64,000 bases of DNA from the NCBI RefSeq assembly GCF_006345805.1, contig NC_043009.1, forward strand, positions 9,176,001 to 9,240,000, given 5' to 3'. The notes below the pieces were generated by a model that saw nothing but the letters and a program-made list of their open reading frames with translations, made no database searches and had not been told where the DNA came from. A program made the translations under genes and the position numbers. This DNA is from Octopus sinensis. Lineage: Eukaryota. Shown here piece after piece: positions 1 through 9,060 of this stretch (positions within the stretch are counted from its first letter, which is position 1; the number at the start of each line of letters is the position of its first letter).

Positions 1-110
1 GAACGGCTTCCTGTAAAGACATCAGAGTCAAAGTTTGAATCTTTTGAGCACTACTATCTTCTATATGGAGAATCTCTGGATCTCATCTGTGAACTACATA
101 TATATATATA

Positions 111-365
111 TGTGCTGGTGGCATGTAAAAAGCACCATCCGTCTGTGGCCGTCTGCCAGCTCCGTCTGGCACCTGTGCAGGTGGCACGTAAAAAGCACCC
201 ACTACACTCTCGGAGTGGTTGGTGTTAGGAAGGGCATCCAGCCGTAGAAACACTGCCAGATCAGACTGGGCCTGAAGCAGCCTTCTGGCTTCACAGACCC
301 CAGTTGAACCGTCCAACCCGTGCTAGCATGGAAAGCTGATGTTAAATGATGATGATGATGATGAT
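111..365 (+). mobile_element. RTE LINE 3'-end copy (3'UTR + (GAT)n tail)
   Basis: Matches the 3' end of the RTE at 9061-11645 (..CCAACCCATGCTAGCATGGAAAGCGGACGTTAAACGATGATG consensus) and ends in a GAT tail. Confidence 0.85.
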
Positions 366-382
366 ATATATATATATATATA

Positions 383-555
383 TTCAGATGAATATGGTAC
401 TTAAGTTAAAGGCAGCAGAATTTTGTATGGTATTATCCATATAAATCAAATGGGGTGATTATAATCAAAATAAGCAACAAGGATATCCAAGGTAGAGTAG
501 TCCAATTGTTTCATGCTACTCTACCTTGGATATCCTTGTTGCTTATTTTGATTAT
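383..555 (-). mobile_element. Penelope-related short element (family A) with terminal 40-bp perfect hairpin, inside (TA)n
   Basis: Arms 461-500 and 516-555 are exact reverse complements. Shares CTTGTTGCTTATTTTGATT with 33633-33651 and 48321-48339, and ACTTAAGTACC with the 33.5 kb copy. Confidence 0.65.
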
Positions 556-995
556 ATATATATATATATATATATTTACACACACATACACACACAGGCG
601 CATATATATTCTTAGGGAAAGAATTTGATAAAAAAGGAGTTACACTCAATGTGTTGGTTGACCCTTGATCAACTCAGATATGTGCATTTTAGCAACCTAT
701 GTACTTTTTTTTTTAAAAAAAAAGACCATTATTAATGTATGTGTATATGCAAATTTGTTTAATACATCTGTGCATGTGTGTGTGTGTAATATGCTGAAAA
801 ACAAAACAAGAGTATCTGTTAGTTAGCTTAAATGATGCGATTACTTTAATAGGAGCGAAAAGCATTAATTGTGATTTAGCTTATTATGATAGATCAATGT
901 CAGTAAAGTAATTAATTACCTAAGAAATTTATCATAAGTTACCCAGTTGCATTCCAGAAATTATAGTTCAACAATAGATTATTATAATTATTGAG

Positions 996-1418
996 AATCG
1001 GAATTGAAATCGGTCAACATCAATGGAAATTGCAGCTGTGATACCAGTGCCGGTGGCACGTAAGAGAACCATCCGAACGTGGCTGTTTCCAGCACTGCCC
1101 TGACTGGCCTCGTGCCGGTGGCACGTAAAAAGCACCATCTGTTCGTGGTTGTTGCCAGCCTCGCCTGGCCCCCGCGCCAGTGGCACGTAAAAAGCACGAG
1201 CCGATCGTGGCCGTTTGCCAGCCTCGTCTGGCACATAAAAAGCACCCACTACACTCACGGAGTGGTTGGCGTTAGGAAGGGCATCCAGCTGTAGAAACAT
1301 TGCCAGATCAGACTGGGCCTGGTGCAGCCTTCTGGCTTCCCAGACCCCAGTTGAACCGTCCAACCCATGCTAGCATGGAAAGTGGACGCTAAACGATGAT
1401 GATGATGATGATGATGAT
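996..1418 (+). mobile_element. RTE LINE 3'-end copy
   Basis: Same 3'UTR with repeated GGCACGTAAAAAGCACC units and a GAT tail. Confidence 0.85.
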
Positions 1419-2010
1419 TGTTACTATTAATTTAACTTTTAAAATTATAGTTATGAATATGTAATATCTTTTATATGCATTAGTGCATGCGTGAGGTAAA
1501 GTGTTGAAAGCTACAAAACAATGACGAATCAAAAGCTGCTTACTGATTAGCATATTTGAATATTACATCATCAATATTTGTGCATAATATATCTATTTAT
1601 AGTGAGAATAGATATCAATGATATGAGGAAAACATAAATGTTAACAAATAAAAATAAAAATCAAAAAATTAAAGAATTAAAAATGAATAAAATTAAAACC
1701 CCTATTTGATCAATACATTGTATCTTTAACTTAAATTTATTAATCATCATATAAAATATTAATCGCATATTCCCAAGATACATACTTAGATTGAAGTTTT
1801 AGTAAACCATACATAATAATAATATAGTCACCTGTAAATAAAACTTGTAATCATATTTACCTTTCAGTTTATATTTTGATATTAATATGATATCTAAGAA
1901 TTATTTAATCTAATTAGTTACAGATGTTAGTATATTAATCAGGAGATACTGTCTGACTCAAAGTTCCAGTAATCTTTCTACTATATTTAATTTTATTTTT
2001 AATTATATTT

Positions 2011-2130
2011 AAGGTGGTGAGCTGGTAGACTCGTTAGTACGCCAGTGTAAATGCTTAGCCGTATTCGCCTGTCGTTACAGTCTGAGTTCAAATTCTGCTG
2101 AGGTCGACTTTGCCTTTCATCCTTTATAGG
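2011..2130 (+). mobile_element. tRNA-derived SINE, family 2 (GGTGGCGAGCTGGCAG head), truncated
   Basis: A/B-box-like head (GAGTTCAAATTC). Homologous to 12298, 22352, 40870, 41101 and 58520. Confidence 0.75.
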
Positions 2131-2425
2131 TGCAGGAGTGGCTGTGTGGTAAGTAGCTTGCTTACCAACCACATGGTTCCGGGTTCAGTCCCACTGCATG
2201 ACACCTGTGGCAAGTGTTTTCTACAATAGCCTCAGGTCGACCAAAGCCTTGTGAGTGAATTTGGTAGATGGAAACTGAAAGAAGCCTGTCGTATTTATGT
2301 ATATGTATATATATATATGTATGTGTGTGTGTGTGTGTTTGTCTCCCCAACATTGCTTGACAACTGATGCTGGTGTGTTTACGTCCCCGTAACTTAGCGG
2401 TTCGGCACAATAGACCGATAGAATA
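2131..2425 (+). mobile_element. tRNA-derived SINE, family 1 (GCAGGAGTGGCTGTGTGGTAAG head, internal TA/TG microsatellite)
   Basis: Pol III A box TGGCTGTGTGGTAAG and B box GGTTCAGTCCC. Many copies in the window. Confidence 0.8.
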
Positions 2426-2682
2426 ATGGTCTTATTTTTTTTTTTTAAATACATTGGTTGCTAAAATTCTCATATCTGAGTTGATCAAGGGTCAACCAAC
2501 ACATTTAGTGTAGAGAAATACCTAATTAACGATATTTGTTATGAAAATTTAAATTAATCTAATTTAATTTAATTTCTCAAATTGAATTAATCGGGCAAGG
2601 AAACAGCTGTAGGAGCAAGGAATTTGATATTGTACAGAATTGAATATGTTCAAATAAATTTTCTTTTTCTATTACATGCATA

Positions 2683-2693
2683 CATACATACAT

Positions 2694-2747
<54 letters not shown>

Positions 2748-2765
2748 TGACAGACAGACAGATAC
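2683..2765. repeat. (CATA)n-(GACA)n microsatellite
   Basis: Seen directly. Confidence 0.95.
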
Positions 2766-2771
2766 ATATAT

Positions 2772-3029
2772 GAGAAATAAGGACAAACACAAGTTTATAT
2801 TATAGTTGCTCTGTGTGTTCCACCATGATGGTTATTAAGTGCCCTATAATAGGTGTTCCAAGTACATTTAGATGTTCAACCACAACAGATCATCAGGGAA
2901 CAATTTATTGCACTAAGTTACAGATAGCTACTATGCACTTGGAACCACAGTTGCTGGGCTCAATAACAACCATAATGGTAAAACACACATAGGAACTATA
3001 ATATAAACTTGTGTTTATCCTTATTTCTC
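2772..3029. mobile_element. MITE-like element with ~75-bp imperfect TIRs
   Basis: GAGAAATAAGGACAAACACAAGTTTATATTATAGTT.. at 2772 mirrors ..AACTATAATATAAACTTGTGTTTATCCTTATTTCTC ending at 3029. No clear TSD. Confidence 0.55.
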
Positions 3030-3439
3030 CTGCATTTGCTCTGTAATTCATAATCAGTAGCTCAGTATAGAAGATACTTAACAGCTATAGCAAACAGGCT
3101 GGATTATGATAATCTGCATATCATATAACACTAACTTAGGTAAGTGTAAATTATGTATATGGGAAGCACTCATCATTCTCCAAATGCACAATCTATCACT
3201 GTTTAACAAATTGTCAGACGTGGTTTTCTCATGCAAACATAACATTTATACAACATTTTTACACTATAGTGACTTTGATTAGAATTAAATTACGATACAT
3301 TTTAAAACAAACTTTTATTCCTTGTCATGAACATTTTTATTAGAATATATTTAATTCTCTTTTTTCCCCACCCATACCTTTTATCTATAAAATAACCCCA
3401 GTCTCTAGTATTTGTCATTTGTCAACTTGTAAAACCTGT

Positions 3440-3527
3440 TACCCTGAAGAAGGAGGAATTGCTAAATAATGGGTATTATATCTCTTTATTTTTACTGGAA
3501 ATTAACCTCTAGAAACAGCTGTTGGTA
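3440..3527 (+). ncRNA. Minimal type-I hammerhead-ribozyme-like motif (degenerate; Penelope pLTR type)
   Basis: Stem I TACC/GGTA; core CTGAAGA 3444-3450; stem II GGAGG/CCTCT; GAAA 3512-3515; palindromic helix III ACAGCTGT; GTT triplet. Confidence 0.55.
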
Positions 3528-4004
3528 CCATATTTTAACTAATTTTAACTATCCTGACTTGTAACTTCTTTCCTCCTTGTATATTTTATTTCGCTTTCAT
3601 TACCACTTCAGACTTCCTTCAATATATTTATGTATACATGTATGTTTTATGTATTCATGTCTGCATCTAGGGATTTTTTAAAATCTATTATCTTACACAC
3701 ACATATATTTTAAATATATTTATTTACTTATAGATTTTTAAAAAATGTCTATATATTTATATATTTTTAATGTATCATGCATACTTGTTCGTTAAATTCA
3801 TCTGAAATCGGAATCCTGTTTGTGTATTAAATTACATGGTCTTGCGTCTCTTCATATTACATATTTTTATCTTTAGTCTCAAATTCCTCTTCAGCACTTC
3901 TAAGTGCAAACCTTAACTTTGTGAGAGAATTTCTATTTAATCATATTCTTTCTGAAAACAGTTATATGTATGCATGCATGTATGTATATATGTATGTCAT
4001 TATT

Positions 4005-4445
4005 CAGTTTATTTCATGATTTCTTGCCAATAGAGAAAGAACCTGTTTCTAACCTAGATTCAAGGTTCCATCATTAGAATTTCACCATCAACAACAGGGT
4101 ATTTTCGTTTGTATGTATATATGTATGTGCAGATTTGTTTGTTTTATGTATGTATTCTCATGCATATAGTTACATATCTAGACATGTTTATATATATTTA
4201 AATGATAAACTTCTGGAAAGTTTTACAAATTTTTACAGTTCCAGTGATGGATTGAATCTGTAGTTTTCAAATTTGCTTTCTCCTTTCTGGTTTTGAGAAG
4301 CCTAATTTCTCTAGATTGGTATTTAGGCAGTGTGTTACATATCCCAGGGCCCCAATAATTACAGGTATTATGAACTTGTAATCTGGATAGAGTAACTGCA
4401 GATTTCTCAATAGTTACATTTGGGTGTTACATTAAAATGATGGTG
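4005..4445 (-). mobile_element. R4/Dong-like (restriction-like endonuclease) non-LTR element 3' end
   Basis: Minus strand translates ..LQLLYPDYKFIIPVIIGALGYVTHCLNTNLEKLGFSKPERRKQI*KLQIQSITGTVKICKTFQKFII*, which resembles the C-terminus of RLE-clade LINEs. Confidence 0.6.
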
Positions 4446-4714
4446 ATTTTATGTATTTATGTGTGTGTGTGTGTGTGTCAAAGACATTCCAGCCTGGTAA
4501 AAATCTCTGCCCTTAATTTAGTGTGGATGGGTAATATCAAATAATTCAATCACAACATATATTTAAATTAAACATGAAAAAAATTGAAATATTATCATGA
4601 CTTGCATGGAAAAATTGAAATATTATCTTTCAGTATTTTATAAGATAAAATCTTAAATTATTAACTGACACATTATTAATTATCTTATAACAGCAATGCC
4701 TGGAAAAATCATGG

Positions 4715-5255
4715 ATTACATGGAAAAATGCGAGCATGAAAAGTAATATTCTTAAGATTATAAACCTGGAAAAGTACAGGGCAAGTTATTACACCTGTAA
4801 AAGTATAGGACAAGCTATTATTTCTAGTAAAGTAAAGAATAAGAAACTTTTTACTTAAAATATTACAGCTAAAATAAAAATTTGAATATTGAAAATTATT
4901 TTATTATAGTTTACAAATAACACTATAAACTTATTTAAGAGGAATTTGGCTAATTTACTACCATAAATACAGAAAAAAGTGACTAATTAGACAAACTTAT
5001 GAATTAGTTGAACAGTTTTGTACAATAAATTTAGAAAACGAGAACTGTAAAGAGTGATAAATTAGAAGAACTGGCATTCTTTGCTGCAATATTTTAAGTA
5101 AAAAGTTTCTTATTTTTTTACTTTACTAGAAGTAATAGCTTGTCCTATTACAGTTGTAATATTGTCCTATTACAGGTGTAATAACTTGCCCTGTACTTTT
5201 CCAGGTTTATAATCTTAAGAATATTACTTTCCATGCTTGCATTTTTCCATGTAAT
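4715..5255. mobile_element. MITE/foldback with ~150-bp inverted arms (ATTACATGGAAAAATGC..)
   Basis: Arms ~4715-4870 and ~5085-5255 are reverse complements with internal subrepeats. A second copy lies at 29638-30538. Confidence 0.7.
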
Positions 5256-5269
5256 AGAATATATTGGTC

Positions 5270-5490
5270 ATGTCGTCATCCTCATCATCATTCTAACATC
5301 AACTCCACCATGCTTACATGGGTCAGATGAAGTTTATTGAAGCAGATTTTCTATGGCCAGATGCTCTTCCTACTGCCAGCCTTTACCTGTTTCCTAGCAA
5401 CGTAATATTTCTCCATGCACTGACATATTTTTCAGAACTGAATTACACTGTATGTATAACAAGGAGATATAAATATATACACATGCTCTC
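5270..5490 (+). mobile_element. Short RTE-3'-related repeat (CAT-tailed family), degenerate
   Basis: CATCATCAT..CCATGCTTACATGGGTCAGATG..GATGCTCTTCC..ACCTGTTTCC. Homologous copies at ~6005-6250, 8370-8496, 23410-23600. Confidence 0.55.
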
Positions 5491-7452
5491 TCTCTCTCTC
5501 TCTCTCACACATAATTTAAAGATATCGGAAGTAGAGCAACATGATTGAAGGTAGTGTATAATTATTGTATATGTGTATAAATTATCAATTACAAGTAGCA
5601 GGTGTAGGTTTGACATAAGAATAATAGAAATACAAAAGATGTGTATTGTATTAAAGATTGTGTGTTTGTGTTGGTAAAAATGATGTTTAAAATGCCTAAG
5701 ATAATATTGATTATTAATAATATCTGATAGATAATACAAGAAGATTCATGATCCCTAAAAAGTCTGAAATTTGAGATGTGACTTAATTAAAAAAACAACA
5801 TACATTGTTGTTGCAAAACAAAAGCAAAAAACAAAGTGGCATCATACCATTAATAATTCATCTATTTTGGTATAAAATCAACATAGAATTTTTGTATTGT
5901 TTTACAATATATAATTACAGTTACATGAATATACAAATAATAAAAAAGAAATGTGAGGTTAATGAGAGTAAATCTTAAAAGTATACAACAAGTATGGTAA
6001 GAAATCGTCACCATCATCATCATTGTTTTAACACTTATCTTCCCATACTTGCATGAGTCAGATGGGATTCTTTGAGGCAAATTTTCTACAGCTGGATACC
6101 TTCCCTATCACCAACCCTCACCTGTTTCTCAGCAAGGCAATATCTTACCCATGGATATACATTTTTTTCACCAAAGATTGGACACAAGGGACATTACCTC
6201 TATGATGGTGTTACTTGTTAATATCTTCTGTATACTATCAAGACAAGACACTAACACTCACACACATGCATACACATATACACACATATATATAAATACA
6301 TGATAAGCTTCTTTCAGCTTCCACCAGCCAAATCTATTAACACACGTTAGATTTTCCCATTGTGCATCTAATTGTTCAAACAGTTGAATTACATACTCAT
6401 TGAATCAACATGTAAAATATGTGTACCCTTAAAGTAGTTCTCAAGTAGAATCGGCTTGATACAGTGCAACAAGGCTGAGTTTTTGAATTACAGGTATGAA
6501 TCAATTGATAGGCTTCTATATAGTTTCCATCTGTCCACTCTGTCCAAATTCATTCACAGAGCTTGGGTCAACCTAAGACAAAAGTAAAGATTCCTAAGTT
6601 GCCCATGTAGTGGGATGGAACTGAACAATAATATTTAGCACATTCATGTGCACTTGAATGTGGGAAGACCTTTTCTGTGGAGGTAGTCTCAGGAGAAATA
6701 TCTCATCTTAGACAAAATGTGTGAAAATACATTAGGCTCTGAATGACATCATCAGATTATGGGATGCATGCATTTCTGTGTCATCAGACACAAATACTGA
6801 ATTTGTCATACACAACCATATCAGAGCAATAGTTCTGCTTACAAGAATAGCAAATAGTGAATTTTTTGGAATGTATAAAGCTTGGTCAAGCTGGAATTAA
6901 TTAAAGAATAAAAGGGAATAAATCTACTTAAAGGACTGGAATAACTTGAATGATTTTTTAAAATTTTATTTCTCTAAAGATGATCTTAGCTTAGAAACCT
7001 CATTGTGAGCTGAAAGTGTTAAAGAGTTTGTAAAAGTACAAGACCGTACCAAAAATAGTGAAATAAACTAAATTAGTGTCTTACAATAAGTTTTTTTAAA
7101 ATGTTGTATTATAAAAAACGAATGGCATTCAATTGCAATCTGAAATATAATAAAAAATTTGTATAATTATCGGAAGTTATTAAATTGATGAAGTAAACTA
7201 AATTAGTATTTTACAAATATTCCAAACCATTTTTATAATAAAAACTAAAAGAGGAAAGCTCAATTTAGTAACATGATGATGATGATGAAAAACTATATAA
7301 ATATGTATGCTAAATAGATTGTGTAGAAATAGCAGAGATGAAAATAAAAGCAATAATATTTTCTGAAAAGTACTAAAAGTCATCACTGTATATTGGTCAG
7401 AACATTTTAAGAATTTAGTGTAAAGTTTGAAGGAAAAGTACATAGCTTTTAA

Positions 7453-7958
7453 GTTCCAGCAGGACAAGTGAGGCCATAACCCGTGGCCTCTACCTTTCCT
7501 TCTTGAAACACAAAACTCTGCTTGTGAAGACCTGTTGAGGCAAGTGATATCGGAATTGAAATCGCTCAAAAATCAATGGAAATTATAGTTATGAGACCAG
7601 TCCCAGTGGCACATAAAAGAACCATCCAAACACGGCCATTGCCAGCGCTGCCCTAACTGTCCTCCGTGCCGGTGGCACGTAAAAAGCACCAACCGATCGT
7701 GGCCGTTGCCAGCCTCGCCTGGCACGCACGTAAAAAGCACCAACCGATCGTGGCCGTTGCCAGCCTCGCCTGGCACGCACGTAAAAAGCACCCACTACAC
7801 TCATGGAGTGGTTGGCGTTAGGAAGGGTATCCAGCCGTAGAAACACTGCCAGATCAGACTGGGCCTGGTGCAGCCTCCTGGCTTCCCAGACCTCAGTTGA
7901 ACCGTCCAACCCATGCTAGCATGGAAAGCGGACATTAAACGATGATGATGATGATGAT
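7453..7958 (+). mobile_element. RTE LINE 3'-end copy
   Basis: 3'UTR with an exact ~50-bp internal duplication and a GAT tail. Confidence 0.85.
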
Positions 7959-8016
7959 TGTAGGTTCTAAAACTTTAATGTTTTCAGATCAAATTGGATG
8001 TTGGTAAACTGTTTGT

Positions 8017-8257
8017 TTAACCCTTTAACTTTCGATTTACTCTGTCAAATGTAATTCTTATTTATTCACATTGTTTTGAATTAATCATGCATGGTCTTGT
8101 AGTTTCATGATTTTGGTGATCTGATTGTTTATGTTTAGAATGAATGACATTGTTGGGTAGGTATGAGAGGCTGGATCTGGTCAGTTTGAATATAAGAGGT
8201 ATAAAAAAAGTAGAATATTTGGGCCGGATGTGGCTGGTTCAAATGCCAGAGGGTTGA
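8017..8257. mobile_element. piggyBac-like MITE
   Basis: TTAA|CCCTTT ... GAGGG|TTGA ends. Homologous to 24741-24951 and ~62100-62224. Confidence 0.65.
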
Positions 8258-8496
8258 GTAACTTGTAAAAAATGAAACCAAAAATTATTGAATTCATACA
8301 AGTTATTTTTGGATGAAATATTTGACTAAAATGAAAATAATATCTGATGAAAATTGTGCACGGAATTTTGTTGGGGTGAATTTTTCTATGGCCAGAAGCT
8401 CTTCTTGTCACCAAATACTCACCTGTTTCCAAGGAAAGTAATATTTCCTCACAACTAGATATGCTTACACTGAAGATTGGGAATGGACAATGCATA

Positions 8497-8980
8497 TATA
8501 ATGGAAGGCAAGGTTTACGATTTTGGGAGAATATTGTCTTTTTCCATTATCTCTTATTGTTCTTCGTGTAGTTCAGGCTTCTGCAGGTGAAGAGAGAAGA
8601 CTTCAAGTACAAATGCAATTTACAACTGGTTTATTTACAGGGTTCACGGGATAGGTGAAGTGTGCTGCTCTCAGCTACCATCTTTAGCTGTGTGCGTTGT
8701 GTAGTAGCTCTGTTAGTGCGGGTGCATTACCTCTGGAGGTACAACATACAGACAGGCCCAGCCAATGGAGTGTGATCAGCAAGTGCTGCTGCTAAGAGGT
8801 GGAAAGAAAGAGACTGAATCTGTTTCTGTTTTGCTCTTATATACAGTTTGCCATCACAAGCCTCGTTGTGATCTCGCACATGGCAAATGGATGCAGGTGA
8901 GGTCTCGCTCCAGTCTTGGAGATGGCAATGGCTGCTGCAAGATCTCATCCAATATGGTGCTGACTGCTTGTGCCGCTACA
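8497..8980 (-). mobile_element. Solo LTR (Ty3/Gypsy-like)
   Basis: Minus strand begins TGTAG and ends CATTATA; CATA is duplicated at 8493-8496 and 8981-8984. TATA box at 8836-8844 and AATAAA at 8631-8636 in LTR order. Interrupts another repeat. Confidence 0.6.
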
Positions 8981-9060
8981 CATACATGATTGTGACACCT
9001 GTTTACAATTAAATCAAGACAAAGAAATAGTAATGTACACATACAGCAATATATATATAT

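Larger units (their letters stand above)
641..2512. mobile_element. Putative TA-flanked MITE/DNA transposon defined by ~90-bp inverted repeats (641-731 / 2422-2512)
   Basis: TACACTCAATGTGTTGGTTGACCCTTGATCAACTCAGATATG.. recurs reverse-complemented with few mismatches. TA lies at both outer ends. Confidence 0.5.

Noticed and set aside
83-316. Recurrent MDGSTG..LDALPNANH ORFs at many loci
   Set aside because: Antisense or incidental frames of the multi-copy RTE 3'UTR, with different start and stop positions in each copy.
3058-3139. Exon candidate ending at a strong AG|GTAAGT donor
   Set aside because: Frames from the best acceptor contain stops. It could only be non-coding or use a weak acceptor, so it is unsupported.
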